IMG/VR virus record: IMGVR_UViG_3300028805_000081
Location: 32,001-96,000 of that record
Length of the DNA: 64,000 nucleotides
Reading direction: 5' to 3' (one strand)
Origin: a virus
Lineage: Duplodnaviria > Caudoviricetes
The notes beneath the pieces are model-generated. The model had not been told where the DNA came from. It ran no database searches and was given only the letters and a program-made list of their open reading frames with translations. How positions within the stretch are numbered: position 1 is the first letter of the stretch; each line of letters begins with the position of its first letter. Shown here in pieces: positions 1-10,220 of this stretch. A program made the translations under genes and the position numbers.

Positions 1-167
1 TTGATTTTATAGCTTTCAAGCGTACTCTTAGTTGACTGGTTAATCCCACACTCAATAAGAAACTGATGTTCGCCAACAGATATATGAGTACAGCTGCCGG
101 TCACTTCTGTTGCATTTGTACCAACAAAAGAAACCTTGATGCCGGTTTTAACTTTCTTTTTTGCCAT
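1..167 (-). CDS. MBL-fold metallo-hydrolase (beta-CASP nuclease-like), 5' part only, runs off window
   Basis: Hand translation MAKKKVKTGIKVSFVGTNATEVTGSCTHISVGEHQFLIECGINQ matches the G-x-x-A-x-EVTGS...LIxCG N-terminus of beta-CASP proteins; GGAG RBS upstream. Confidence 0.7.
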   Translation of the reverse strand, partial: MAKKKVKTGIKVSFVGTNATEVTGSCTHISVGEHQFLIECGINQSTKSTLESYKI

Positions 168-912
168 CGCAATCTCCGTGACATTCTTCACATTCACACT
201 GAACAGGTGCACCAAAGATTTCTTCAAAGTCTATATCTTCACCGATAATATAGTCAATAACACCAAGGTCTTTAGCTTCATCAGCAAACATATACTGTTC
301 CACTCGTTTTTCATCCTGAATCTGCTTAATAGTCAGCTTGCTTCTTGATGCAAGCATCTTATCAAGTCTTTCATCAATACGATCAAAGAACTTAACTTCA
401 TCTCTGAACTTTGATGAGCTGTTGCCGATAAATGTCTGACCATCATGATTTAAGAAGATAGAGTTAGGCATAGCAAATCTCATATCACCAAGAGCTGCGA
501 CATAAAACGCCATTGAACATGCATAACCTATAACAACTGTGAATACCGGAGTGATAGACTCACGAATTACATCAACAAGTCCAAGTCCATTAAACACATC
601 TCCACCATAGCAATTAATAACAATCTTAATTGGAACACGCTGTTCAACAGGAATATTTGCATCTTCTACGTTCTTCTTGATAATAAACATGGTAAGATTT
701 CTGAATGTATCTTCAGATACTTCTTCATCAAGATAGAATATTCTTGAATCAAGATCTTCCATGACCATAAGTTCACCAAGACCATACGAAAACATAGTAG
801 CTGGTGCTGCTTCCAATGTTTCAGTTTCTTCCTGTGCCGGAGCTTCCGACAGAGTTTGTACTAAAGTTTCGATTACTTCTTCATTCTTCTTTTCGGTTTC
901 CTTTTTAGCCAT
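148..912 (-). CDS. clpP: ATP-dependent Clp protease proteolytic subunit-like
   Basis: INCYGGDV, GYACSMA (catalytic Ser), FLNHDG (His) and YMFADEAKDLGVID motifs. Confidence 0.85.
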   Translation of the reverse strand: MAKKETEKKNEEVIETLVQTLSEAPAQEETETLEAAPATMFSYGLGELMVMEDLDSRIFYLDEEVSEDTFRNLTMFIIKKNVEDANIPVEQRVPIKIVINCYGGDVFNGLGLVDVIRESITPVFTVVIGYACSMAFYVAALGDMRFAMPNSIFLNHDGQTFIGNSSSKFRDEVKFFDRIDERLDKMLASRSKLTIKQIQDEKRVEQYMFADEAKDLGVIDYIIGEDIDFEEIFGAPVQCECEECHGDCDGKKES

Positions 913-958
913 AGGAAAACCTCCCTTTTTAAAAATTAAAATTAAGCCGAAGCTTTTA

Positions 959-1030
959 TTGCAGCACCGGGAATTGAACCCGGATCTACAGGTTATGAGC
1001 CTGTTGTGTTACCATTACACTCATGCTGCG
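959..1030 (-). tRNA. tRNA-Met(CAT), initiator-like
   Basis: Cloverleaf CGCAGCA...ACAGG-CTCATAA-CCTGT...GGTTCAATTCC...TGCTGCAA; C1:A72 mismatch. Confidence 0.9.
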
Positions 1031-1036
1031 ATCTAT

Positions 1037-1077
1037 AAAAAATCACTCCCGGTAGCAGGAGTATAGACTACCGGGAA
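1037..1077 (-). terminator. Intrinsic terminator-like hairpin
   Basis: TCCCGGTAG...CTACCGGGA stem followed by a T run on the minus strand. Confidence 0.55.
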
Positions 1078-1091
1078 TGTAAAAAGGGGAC

Positions 1092-1343
1092 TTAGTTATT
1101 GCGAATTTGGTTAAGGACTTCAAGAACTGCGGGATCTTCTTCAACCCAACGCTTCTTTCTCTTAGCTTTGTGATACTTTGATGTAATCGTCATCCTAACA
1201 TCCGGTATCTTTTCCTTAATTTTTTCAAATTCCTCTTTTGTTACGAATATCATGTTACAACTTCTTTCCTGTATTTTTGGTATTATTATACCATGTATAA
1301 ACTCATGCTTATTTAAAAAGAAAATCTTCCCAAAACCACGCAA
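1092..1343 (-). CDS. Hypothetical protein (real start probably ATG near 1253)
   Basis: ORF with CAGGAAAGAAG RBS-like sequence before MIFVTKEE. Confidence 0.55.
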   Translation of the reverse strand: MRGFGKIFFLNKHEFIHGIIIPKIQERSCNMIFVTKEEFEKIKEKIPDVRMTITSKYHKAKRKKRWVEEDPAVLEVLNQIRNN

Positions 1344-1413
1344 ATACGTAGTTCCAAGAAGATTGTAGATTTTTGTTTACTAAAAGTGCACCGCCCACAA
1401 ACCCTAAGATGTC

Positions 1414-2325
1414 TTATGGTTTCTCCGATTTTTTCTTAGCTCTCGATTCTCTCATGTTACGTCTTTTCTGTTCAAGTCTTACTTCTCTTTGGCAACACTC
1501 ACAGCGTTTTCTTTTACATTTCCCTTCGGGTATTTCAAACGCTCTGCCACAAACCTCACAAACGCATACTCTTGATTTTACATGTTTATTACAATGATAG
1601 TGGTTATTTGAGTTTGGTTTAAATATCACACCACAGTCAACACAAACTCTATAAAATGCACCGTTCGCTTTTTCCCACCACATTCCAAGATTGGTAATGT
1701 TGGTGACTTCAAATACCGGTTCTCCTTCCAAATCCAAAATCTCGACTGCAATACTTGTTTTTAACATACTTCTTGCTGGCGTGATATATTTCTGCATGTA
1801 AAGATCATGAAGTATACACAAGAAGTTGTCAAAATTGTGGTTGATGTTTGCCAAATGGATAATTTCACTATCGGTTGTATTTACCCAATTATGCCTGTAT
1901 GTGATGTAATTCATCTTTGCAAGAACAAGATATGTGAACATAACTTTTTTGATTGGCTGCGTAGACAGTTCATTGATTTTATCAATTTCTTTCTGAGTTA
2001 TCGGAATTGATTCAATATCTCTAAGCGGTTTCTTATGAGCATCATTTGCAATCGCTTCCATTGTGTTATGCCATTGATTTTCATTAAAACCAGCTCTGTT
2101 TGCCTTCAAATACTCTGACACTTCTTTTACAGCAGCTTCTGGACTATACCCTTTATTATTCACATAGTATCTGATGAGTATATTCACTATTTGTCTTATC
2201 TTACACAATGAAAGATTTATGTCTTTCAGGATCAGTTCAGCTTCTTTAACTTCATTAAGGATTAACAACCTTACACTTCCTTTCAGAAAATCTGTAGCCA
2301 TTAAATTCAATATCCCCGGCATCAT
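1414..2325 (-). CDS. Hypothetical protein with C-terminal Cys-rich Zn ribbons (start probably TTG ~2268)
   Basis: CVDC, CEVC and CECC motifs; directly downstream of the RNAP gene. Confidence 0.7.
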   Translation of the reverse strand: MMPGILNLMATDFLKGSVRLLILNEVKEAELILKDINLSLCKIRQIVNILIRYYVNNKGYSPEAAVKEVSEYLKANRAGFNENQWHNTMEAIANDAHKKPLRDIESIPITQKEIDKINELSTQPIKKVMFTYLVLAKMNYITYRHNWVNTTDSEIIHLANINHNFDNFLCILHDLYMQKYITPARSMLKTSIAVEILDLEGEPVFEVTNITNLGMWWEKANGAFYRVCVDCGVIFKPNSNNHYHCNKHVKSRVCVCEVCGRAFEIPEGKCKRKRCECCQREVRLEQKRRNMRESRAKKKSEKP

Positions 2326-3349
2326 CTCTTGTGATGTAGCTCAGTTCAAAATTGTTTTTGACAAGAAGATTTTCTATGATTTGTTCTCCACATATATCCC
2401 ATGCAAACGCCTTTGTTCTCTCGCTTGTATAGCAAAGGTCAAGGATAATTTCACAAAGTATTTTTGAGTTTGGGCAGATCTCAAAAGCCTTTTCCTTGAA
2501 CTCTCTGCCTATTTCCTTGAATCTATCTGTGTAATCATCGCCTGACGTTCTCATTTCGTTCTTCTCAATATCCAGCCTTGCCTTACGCTTCGTATATTCA
2601 ACATAAAGCTTTACAATTTCAGATGCAATCTTTGGATCATATCTTGTGTTGGACTTCATAATAGTATAGTCGAAAGGAGTTTTAGCCTTTACGCTGCTTT
2701 TAAATCCTTTAAACTCATCTTCTACCATATGACAAAGGCGGTTCATAGTGCTGATGTTATCATTAACAGGATAGAGCTTTTCATACCATTCAATCCATTC
2801 TTTCTGTTCTTCAGTATGTTCAGACAGAGCAAATAATTCTTTTGTACTCATTCTGAACAGCATCTTGCACTGGCGTTCCGCAGTCTTGACAAACGACTTA
2901 TATTTCTTATCAAGATCCGGATAGATGTATCTCATAAAGTATGGTTTCTTGTCTGCACATATTGTATTATTAAATATATCTTCTTCAGATAATTCGGCAT
3001 CACCTTTCGGTTTGATAGGGGAGTACCAATATTTTGGCATATTGTAACATATAGTACCTTTTACTGCATCTATGTCGCTTTGCTGAAAGTATTCTCCACA
3101 TATAATCCTATATGTTAAAATATTTGACTCTATACTATCAGCCGGGAATAGTGGCAGCAAATCATACATGCTCGTTACCCTGTTGGTGATTGCGCCAACC
3201 TTTGAACCAAACGCCTTTTTATTTCCTTCTCTTAAAAGATCCTCTGTAACTAAAGTTTTTTCGGCTGAATTTGACGCACACATTATCGTAGGTTCATATC
3301 TCCAATTTTTAATTAGCACATCATTATTTGTTGTAAAAACAATATCGCT
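2255..3349 (-). CDS. YonO-like single-subunit (RdRP-fold) RNA polymerase, exon 2
   Basis: In frame with ORF 2255..3319; begins SDIVFTTNN, completing the DKD/SD metal-binding motif; VGAITN, QQSDIDAVKG and KKPYFMRY motifs. Confidence 0.85.
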   Translation of the reverse strand, partial: SDIVFTTNNDVLIKNWRYEPTIMCASNSAEKTLVTEDLLREGNKKAFGSKVGAITNRVTSMYDLLPLFPADSIESNILTYRIICGEYFQQSDIDAVKGTICYNMPKYWYSPIKPKGDAELSEEDIFNNTICADKKPYFMRYIYPDLDKKYKSFVKTAERQCKMLFRMSTKELFALSEHTEEQKEWIEWYEKLYPVNDNISTMNRLCHMVEDEFKGFKSSVKAKTPFDYTIMKSNTRYDPKIASEIVKLYVEYTKRKARLDIEKNEMRTSGDDYTDRFKEIGREFKEKAFEICPNSKILCEIILDLCYTSERTKAFAWDICGEQIIENLLVKNNFELSYITRDDAGDIEFNGYRFSERKCKVVNP

Positions 3350-3663
3350 CCTTGATACCCTCGGTTTCCCGATATTTATTAGGGGAGTAGATCATCTCAT
3401 CACCTTATGTCAATTCATAAGCATCACTGGGATTTCTCCGTGTTTGGCACTTGCTTTTAGGATTTGCACCTATCGCTACGGATTTCATAGGCTCATTAGA
3501 GTCCGTATATCCTGATCGTTACACCTTCAAAAACATCACTGTTTAAGCTTGGCACGGTATTTTCATGAAGTTAATTACTTTTTAGATTTCCACCGTTAGC
3601 ACGTATTTACGCACACCTTACATTTGTAAGTTCACCAAATTTTACAAGGACAATGGAATGTTT
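3350..3663 (-). ncRNA. Group I self-splicing intron (314 nt, no homing-endonuclease ORF)
   Basis: Exon ends in U; P1 ACAAGGAU/GUCCUUGU with U.G at the splice site; core elements AACGGTG, AATACCGTGCCAAG, GTAACGATCA and GAGATGATCTAC (P7 GATCA/TGATC); terminal G; removal restores the frame. Confidence 0.9.
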
Positions 3664-5298
3664 ATCCTTGTCTGCCCCGTTTAAAGCGTGACAGAAACTA
3701 TCATGACAATTCAGCATGATTAAATTTCCACAATACCTGTACCAATAATCAGCTTCAGTATTATTTGAACATACTTTCATCTTCCTGATATTTGCATGAC
3801 AGCTCATCGGACTTCGATAACAGGCTACTTCTTCAGATCCTTTATCTTTCCAAAACTTATGATAAATCTCACCCGCTTTCAGCAATCCATAATCTTCATT
3901 TTTTACATCAAGCTTAAAAATATACTGGCACAAAGCATATGGATCTCCAACGATTATACCAAAGTTGCCTTTAACCTTTACAACACCTATTTCCGCATCT
4001 TTTATTTTCTTAGCAATCAGTGAGCTTACTCTGTTGATTACATACGGATCATTCATCATTTCCGGGCAAATCTGAATTGCCTTAATCCAGTCATCTTCAC
4101 CGATAGCATTTTCATCGGTAATCTTCATGCCTTTCAGAAATAACAATGTTTTTTGCCTGTCGTAATGAATTATATCCTTTATTTCATCAACAGTAGGGGA
4201 GATGAGTTCATGTATCTGACCGTTTGTCAGCTCATAACTCTGTATAAACTGGTAATTCAGCGTCCGGACTTCATCAAGTTCCTTCGGAGTGACCTTTGTA
4301 ACAGACAGCGTATACATATTTTTATGACATTTCTGAATGTATTCGTCAATGCTATCATATGCACTCCAAAGTTTCAGCATTGAAGTAGTAAGTATAAGAT
4401 CAATGTCAAATATATCATGCTCCTTGCCCCAAACATCTGTAACAATCTGCTTGTTATGAACTCTCGCAAACTCCTTAAAATCGAACGTAGCTACCATACC
4501 TTTGGTAAAGGCATATCGTATGCAGCATCCACTCATCAGATAATCAAGATGCATATCATCTGACCATATCTGAGCCATCTCCGGACTGATTAATCCGTAC
4601 CCATCTGACTCATCAAGTTCTATTTCTGCGGTCTTATACTGCATAACAGGTTCATCGCTCTCACTGTTGTCAAGGTAAATAACATCTTCAGTGAAGTGAG
4701 TAATAAGATCATCTACAACAAGAATCCTGTCAGTATTTGTAACCGGATAGCTGCCACTCAGAGTTAAAGCCTTATAAGCTTCATACTTTGCCGGAACAAT
4801 CTTGTAATCTGATCGTCTGCCGTTCTCAACAAGCCCGTTAAGATAATCACGTATATCTTCCCGGCAGTACATTACAGTACACTTCTTTACCTGATTTGGA
4901 GAACCGATAAACCTATAATACTTCATTCCGTTTACGCTAAATCCGTCCATCCTATCTATGTCACTTGGCTTATCCATCACAACATTGATAAGCTCCGGGA
5001 TAAACTGCATAGTATTAAGTTCATCATACAAAGTCTTGATGTACTTCTTATTCTCAGGCGTATTATCTTTCTTCTTAGTATCTTTGATTATCTTCTTGAT
5101 CCGTTCGTAGCACTCCATCTCATGTGCCCGGTCTTTATGATTGTAGAAATCCAGCCATCTGACAACCTGACTGTCAGATATTGAAATCACCTGATCATTC
5201 GTTCTTGCTGTTACAAAGGGTAACTGCAATACCTTATCCGAAAGTATATCCTTGCTGTGCAGTTTATAAATATATCTCGGAAACATAATACTTTTCAT
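3664..5298 (-). CDS. YonO-like single-subunit (RdRP-fold) RNA polymerase, exon 1
   Basis: SDGYGLI, IRYAFTKGM, LNYQFIQ, GDPY, CYRSPM and LNGADKD motifs; GAGGTG RBS before ATG 5298. Confidence 0.85.
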
Positions 5299-5391
5299 GA
5301 AGTACACCTCCAAACCGGCATCATAAATACTTCACGAAGTATCTCTGCTTTTTTACGCCTTAGTTTTCTTCTCATTTTCCTTGTTTCCTTG

Positions 5392-6036
5392 TTAGTTTAT
5401 AATAAATTCTTCCGCATAAGGAAGCATTTTAAGCCATTCGCAGAACTCTCGCCATTCCGGGAGTCGATGATTTTTACGCTGTTTATATATATTTCTTAAA
5501 CATCTGTAGTTGGTTGTAAGTCTTGCTGTCAGCTTCAATCCGGTAGGGCAGCTGTAAAGTAAATTCAGATACTTTTCTTTCTTCTTCTCCGGATCTGTTT
5601 CGACTTGATAATCATTGATAAGCTCACCGATTATCTTCTTGCATCTCGGATCAACATGTCCGTCAAAGCACTTAGATAAATCAAATCTTGTAATGCGATG
5701 CATGGAACTTTCACTCGAAATAAAGAAAACAAACTTATATCTTTCCGCTTCAGTCCATGCCTTAACTGTGAATGTAAGATCGAACGATACCAAGATGCCG
5801 GTTAAGAATTGCCCATGCGCAGCGTTGTCACTCTCTACTGCTTTAATAAGAGATTTACACCTATTAATGTCAGGTGTTAAATCGTATCCTTCATGATCGT
5901 TCCAAATCCATGACGAAATATAATCTATCTTTTCTGTCCTCATAGGATAACCCGATGCCCTAAGTGTTTCATACAGGTCATAGACTCTCGCCCCGGAAAC
6001 TATATCGTTATCTGAATTTATTATTATTTCGCTCAT
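5392..6036 (-). CDS. ThyX-like FAD-dependent thymidylate synthase family protein
   Basis: HGQFL...WTEAERY...SESSMHRI...NYRCLRNIYKQRKNHRLPEW pattern of phage ThyX-like proteins. Confidence 0.65.
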   Translation of the reverse strand: MSEIIINSDNDIVSGARVYDLYETLRASGYPMRTEKIDYISSWIWNDHEGYDLTPDINRCKSLIKAVESDNAAHGQFLTGILVSFDLTFTVKAWTEAERYKFVFFISSESSMHRITRFDLSKCFDGHVDPRCKKIIGELINDYQVETDPEKKKEKYLNLLYSCPTGLKLTARLTTNYRCLRNIYKQRKNHRLPEWREFCEWLKMLPYAEEFIIN

Positions 6037-6073
6037 TTATTTTCTCCTTTATTACTTTTGTCGTAGTAATAAC

Positions 6074-6277
6074 TTAAAAGCCTGATGCTCTTTTCTCAAA
6101 CTCCGCCATCTCATCAGCATCAACTACTTCTTTAGCATACAAGACCGTCAGATCTCTGTTTTTAAAATACTTCATCAGATTGTCCATGCAATCAAATTCA
6201 AAGTAGTTAAGCACCGCTTCCGGACTGCTGTATTTCCGGTCATAATTATAAAATACCTTAAATATCATCTTTCTCAT
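6074..6277 (-). CDS. Hypothetical protein
   Basis: ORF in operon with RBS. Confidence 0.55.
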   Translation of the reverse strand: MRKMIFKVFYNYDRKYSSPEAVLNYFEFDCMDNLMKYFKNRDLTVLYAKEVVDADEMAEFEKRASGF

Positions 6278-6288
6278 ATCCCCTTTAC

Positions 6289-6486
6289 TTACTTACCGTC
6301 ACCCCAATAAGTTTCCCCAAAATTCACGTTCCATCTCAGTTTTACAAGCTTGATTCTCGGCTTCTCCGGACTGGTCACAAGGTAGGTACTGTCATTTATC
6401 TTCCGCCATGAACCGCCTTTCGCCACTGACTCTGCCTTTCTGTCAAGGAACTCTTTTGAGTTGCTTATGATCCACGTATCAATCAT
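6289..6486 (-). CDS. Hypothetical protein
   Basis: ORF in operon with GGAG RBS. Confidence 0.55.
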   Translation of the reverse strand: MIDTWIISNSKEFLDRKAESVAKGGSWRKINDSTYLVTSPEKPRIKLVKLRWNVNFGETYWGDGK

Positions 6487-6846
6487 TTAGCTTTCTCCTT
6501 GTTGCTCCAGCAATCTCCTTGCCGTGTCCATAATCTCAGGCAACCTGTACGCTTCCTGAAGGTCTGATGCTGTATCGCCTGTCCAGCCAATAAAATGTTT
6601 GTAATAAACACTCTCCTTGGCAAGCTCCGGGTACTCATCAAACAGGAATACAAGTTCTTTCGCCCAAAGATCCCACGTAGCATCATCAATAAGATTCTTA
6701 TTCAAATCCTCATAGATGTAACTGTGAACTAAAATCTGTCTTTCTCTCCGGTTTATGAACTCAACAATAAGCTTATCATCGTATGATCGGCATAACGCCC
6801 GCAGTTCATTCAGCTTCAGATTTACGTGTTCTCTGTATCTGTCCAT
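6487..6846 (-). CDS. Protein resembling NAD-dependent DNA ligase domain Ia
   Basis: QILVHSYIYEDLNKNLIDDATWDLWAKEL resembles the H-x-x-x-YY...ISDxxYD-x-L pattern of LigA Ia. Confidence 0.55.
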   Translation of the reverse strand: MDRYREHVNLKLNELRALCRSYDDKLIVEFINRRERQILVHSYIYEDLNKNLIDDATWDLWAKELVFLFDEYPELAKESVYYKHFIGWTGDTASDLQEAYRLPEIMDTARRLLEQQGES

Positions 6847-7049
6847 ATCTTATCCTTATCAATCTCACATTCAGGCAGCACATCTGTAGTATCTCCTGTA
6901 TACTCCAGCATCAGCTTTTCGACATGATCTGCACCATAGTATTCAATGATTTTTTCAAGTGCTTCTTTCATATCACTACCGTATGTAATTCCTTTTTCTT
7001 TATACATCTCATCATCGTAATATTCTACATAATAATAAAAGAAATACAT
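6822..7049 (-). CDS. Acidic hypothetical protein
   Basis: ORF with AGGTG RBS. Confidence 0.5.
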   Translation of the reverse strand: MYFFYYYVEYYDDEMYKEKGITYGSDMKEALEKIIEYYGADHVEKLMLEYTGDTTDVLPECEIDKDKIWTDTENT

Positions 7050-7084
7050 TGTTTTTCACCTAAATTCCTTAAAATTTCACTATT

Positions 7085-7639
7085 TTACACTATTTTGAAG
7101 TAATTTTTCGTATTTTCTTCAAAAATTTCAGTAATTCTTTCCCTAAATAACTGTACGCCAACACCAAAGTCATCCCAGTCCTTACACCTCAGAATCTTTC
7201 TGACTCTATCGACATCAAGTTCTTTCACTTTGTAAGAAGGGGAGTGTACCCCGTATTTATTCCGCCAGCCTGTTACATACTCACCGTTATGATTGATCAT
7301 AAGGCTATCATATTCAAATGGGAGTCCGGTAAAGTAGATATTGTATCTCTGCCCGGCATAATCAACCCAAAATGAACCGTAAAACGCCTTTCCATCCTTT
7401 ACACCAATGTCACCACGCAATGTATAGTATAAATCATAATCACCAGCAACCTTATGTGTGTAAAGATCAATAGTCATGATGCTTGAAATAATAGAATTAC
7501 CTTTTGATATTTCTATCATTTTATCGTACCATTTCTCATCACGATGTTCTTTAGGCTTATCAGCATACAGGATTTCAGAAAAGTTATTAAATGAAAAGGA
7601 AGGGAACTGTGATCTTAATTCTTCTTCAGTCTTACGCAT
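7085..7639 (-). CDS. Hypothetical protein
   Basis: 184 aa ORF with AGGAG RBS. Confidence 0.65.
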   Translation of the reverse strand: MRKTEEELRSQFPSFSFNNFSEILYADKPKEHRDEKWYDKMIEISKGNSIISSIMTIDLYTHKVAGDYDLYYTLRGDIGVKDGKAFYGSFWVDYAGQRYNIYFTGLPFEYDSLMINHNGEYVTGWRNKYGVHSPSYKVKELDVDRVRKILRCKDWDDFGVGVQLFRERITEIFEENTKNYFKIV

Positions 7640-7650
7640 AAAAATACTCC

Positions 7651-7848
7651 TTAATAAAATTTATTAACATTATGCCTTTCGTGACAATTCCTACATTCCA
7701 CAAACTGAATCAGCTTATCTCCGAACGGAACACTATCAAATATGAAGTTGTAACATTTACAGGTCTGATAGTGATATTCCATGAATCTTCTTTGTTCTTC
7801 AAGCTCGCACTGGTTCAGCTGCGGTTCGTTTTGTTTCCTTACTTTCAC
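7651..7848 (-). CDS. Small Cys-containing hypothetical protein
   Basis: ORF with CKC and CRNC. Confidence 0.45.
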   Translation of the reverse strand: MKVRKQNEPQLNQCELEEQRRFMEYHYQTCKCYNFIFDSVPFGDKLIQFVECRNCHERHNVNKFY

Positions 7849-8350
7849 AATACCATTCCTTTATTTCTATCTCTCTTTTTATCTTTGAAGCCATTCTGTT
7901 CACACTCTGAGTGCCTTTAAACTTATTAACCACCATGCTATAGCATTTCTCACAAGTGTTCTGACCGGGTAGGCGAGGATTTTTAAGGCATAAAGAGCAA
8001 ACACCGTATTCCTTTGCTTCGGATCTCGGTATTAATCCAAGTGCAGCTCTCTGTTCATTACGCTTCTTTTTAGCTTCTTCCCGGCAGTAGTTACATGTTT
8101 TATGCACTCCGTCAGTCTTACGCTTATAGCAATGCGTGCAGACACCGTTTGAAATAGCTTTCTCACGACTTCTTTTACGTGATTCTGACTGATCAACGCC
8201 ACGCATTTCTTCAGATTTGCGTTCACAGCAATCAAAACACAATGGCTTTCCTATTAAAGTCCTTGCATCCTGACCACCACAACGAACGCATTTGTGAAGT
8301 CTTTTACAAGTCTGATAATAACTGCTGTTCTGTTCGCTCTTTGTCATCAT
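7799..8350 (-). CDS. Cys-rich multi-Zn-ribbon protein
   Basis: Repeated CxxC pairs. Confidence 0.65.
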   Translation of the reverse strand: MMTKSEQNSSYYQTCKRLHKCVRCGGQDARTLIGKPLCFDCCERKSEEMRGVDQSESRKRSREKAISNGVCTHCYKRKTDGVHKTCNYCREEAKKKRNEQRAALGLIPRSEAKEYGVCSLCLKNPRLPGQNTCEKCYSMVVNKFKGTQSVNRMASKIKREIEIKEWYCESKETKRTAAEPVRA

Positions 8351-8847
8351 AGCTCTACATCATCAACTCCGTAAGAACGTGCGTATAAACGCCACGGTGA
8401 ATCGGTAAACATTTCATAAACACTATCCGGGATCTTAGTACCATAGAACATAACGTATGGATTTACAAAGTATGTGGTTACATTCTCTGTCGGATGTCTG
8501 TATCTGCCTATAACTTGTGCTTTTATCAGCTTCGTAAGAATGTTTTCCTGATGTCTTGTTGCACAATCAAGAGCAGAAAGGATTTCATTCTTTGTAGCAG
8601 CCGGGCTTCCCAGTCTGTTGAGAAGTACATTCTCATTCTTGCGCATAACCTTTATCAGACTGAACATAAGATAAATATCTGACTGGTTAAGCTTTTTAAG
8701 AAGATCCCTTAAACACCATGTTGATACATGAATGTATGCGTACTGGAATGGCTGATCAACAATTGGCGTATCAGGCAGTTTCGGCTTCGGTATGTGAAGT
8801 TCATACTTACGTTTCTTTCCGATATCCGGACGTAAAAAGTTTGGCAT
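8347..8847 (-). CDS. RepL-like winged-helix protein
   Basis: C-terminal LTKLIKAQVIGR...YFVNPYVMFYG resembles Firmicute RepL family; own promoter upstream. Confidence 0.5.
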   Translation of the reverse strand: MPNFLRPDIGKKRKYELHIPKPKLPDTPIVDQPFQYAYIHVSTWCLRDLLKKLNQSDIYLMFSLIKVMRKNENVLLNRLGSPAATKNEILSALDCATRHQENILTKLIKAQVIGRYRHPTENVTTYFVNPYVMFYGTKIPDSVYEMFTDSPWRLYARSYGVDDVEL

Positions 8848-8942
8848 ATTCTCACTTCCTTATAGAACTTTGATTACTAATAATATTATAGCAAGTATAT
8901 TTAAGAATGTCAAGTGAATTGTAGAAATTTGTTTACACGGAT

Positions 8943-10220
8943 TTATACTTTATCAAGAAATGACTCCGTTACATCCACTTTATCTGTTTTATCTTCAGAT
9001 GAAATCTCCCCAGTATTCAGCCAGTTTATCAAAAGATTTCTCATTCTTTTACTCGGTATATATATCTTTATAGGCTTTCCATCACGTATAGCTGAACGCC
9101 ATATCCATTGAAGCATCTCAGACAATGCATACATATCCTGATCAATAGGTATCTCATTTAAAACAAAGAAGTTTGCAGTTACAGGATTAACATATCTGTT
9201 GCACAGATAGGCGAGTACAGTTCTGTCCTTATAGTCATTAGATGCCCGCATATTCATTGATATGTAGGACTTTGTATATCCTTTGCCTTGTATTTTAGTT
9301 TTATAGTCCTTAAATGTAGTCCATAAAGTATCTTGACTCTTAGATTTTACGATATTGATAAACCAGTTTGTAGTATTATTCTTCAACTCTTTAAGCAAAC
9401 TGTTCCGAGTTGCTTTCTTGTACCATGCTACTGACAACGCTGTTTCAGGATCACCGATTCGATTAATCCTTTCATTATCACATATCCGAATCAGAGTCTT
9501 ATCAATCGTTTGTGGTTTATAATTGTCATCACGTTTTTTAATTATATATTTTCCGTTCTCATAAGTAGCATAGTACCACTTATAATTAACTCCATGAAAA
9601 TCATAATACCATTTCTGAATCTGCCCATCAAACAAATATGTAAGAATGAATACTTCTTTGAATGATACAAATGATTTGATAGGGAATAGCCAAATAACTA
9701 CATTTCCATTATACTCAACTACGCTGCCAATATCACATAGTCTTTTAAGATCTGAAAATCTCCCGGCATAATCAGGCTTATCCCACACAACAAAATGGTT
9801 TTCATCAATATGAGCGTACTTTGATATATTAAGAATATCATCAATATCATCCTTAGTAATGTTATACGGCTCGACTACATCAGTTACTTCATCGAGAATA
9901 AGGATGTATTCGTTATACCTTATCAGCTCAAATACTTCATCATCAAATAAGTGAAACAAGGCGTGAGTGCTTATAATGTTTTCCTTGTTACTAAGAAGAT
10001 GTTTAATTCCGTTTATCTTGCTTCCGTCCATAGCGACCGGACTTTTAAAGTTCCTGTCAGAACACTTTTCTTTGATCCTGTCTACTTCAGATAGGTATGG
10101 TGTGATAAACATAAACTTCTGTTCTTTGCTGGCATTGTTGATTGAATTAATCATTGCTGTAGTCTTTCCTGAACCCATAATGGAGTCAACTACATTAACT
10201 GTCATCTGTTTTCCTGTCAT
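8943..10220 (-). CDS. SF2 helicase-like protein (origin-binding type)
   Basis: Walker A DSIMGSGKTT, Walker B ILILDEV, QWIWRSAIR. Confidence 0.75.
   Translation of the reverse strand: MTGKQMTVNVVDSIMGSGKTTAMINSINNASKEQKFMFITPYLSEVDRIKEKCSDRNFKSPVAMDGSKINGIKHLLSNKENIISTHALFHLFDDEVFELIRYNEYILILDEVTDVVEPYNITKDDIDDILNISKYAHIDENHFVVWDKPDYAGRFSDLKRLCDIGSVVEYNGNVVIWLFPIKSFVSFKEVFILTYLFDGQIQKWYYDFHGVNYKWYYATYENGKYIIKKRDDNYKPQTIDKTLIRICDNERINRIGDPETALSVAWYKKATRNSLLKELKNNTTNWFINIVKSKSQDTLWTTFKDYKTKIQGKGYTKSYISMNMRASNDYKDRTVLAYLCNRYVNPVTANFFVLNEIPIDQDMYALSEMLQWIWRSAIRDGKPIKIYIPSKRMRNLLINWLNTGEISSEDKTDKVDVTESFLDKV

Noticed and set aside
3607-3663. C-terminus KHSIVLVKFGELTNVRCA of the 568 aa ORF
   Set aside because: This is read-through into intron sequence, not part of the RNAP
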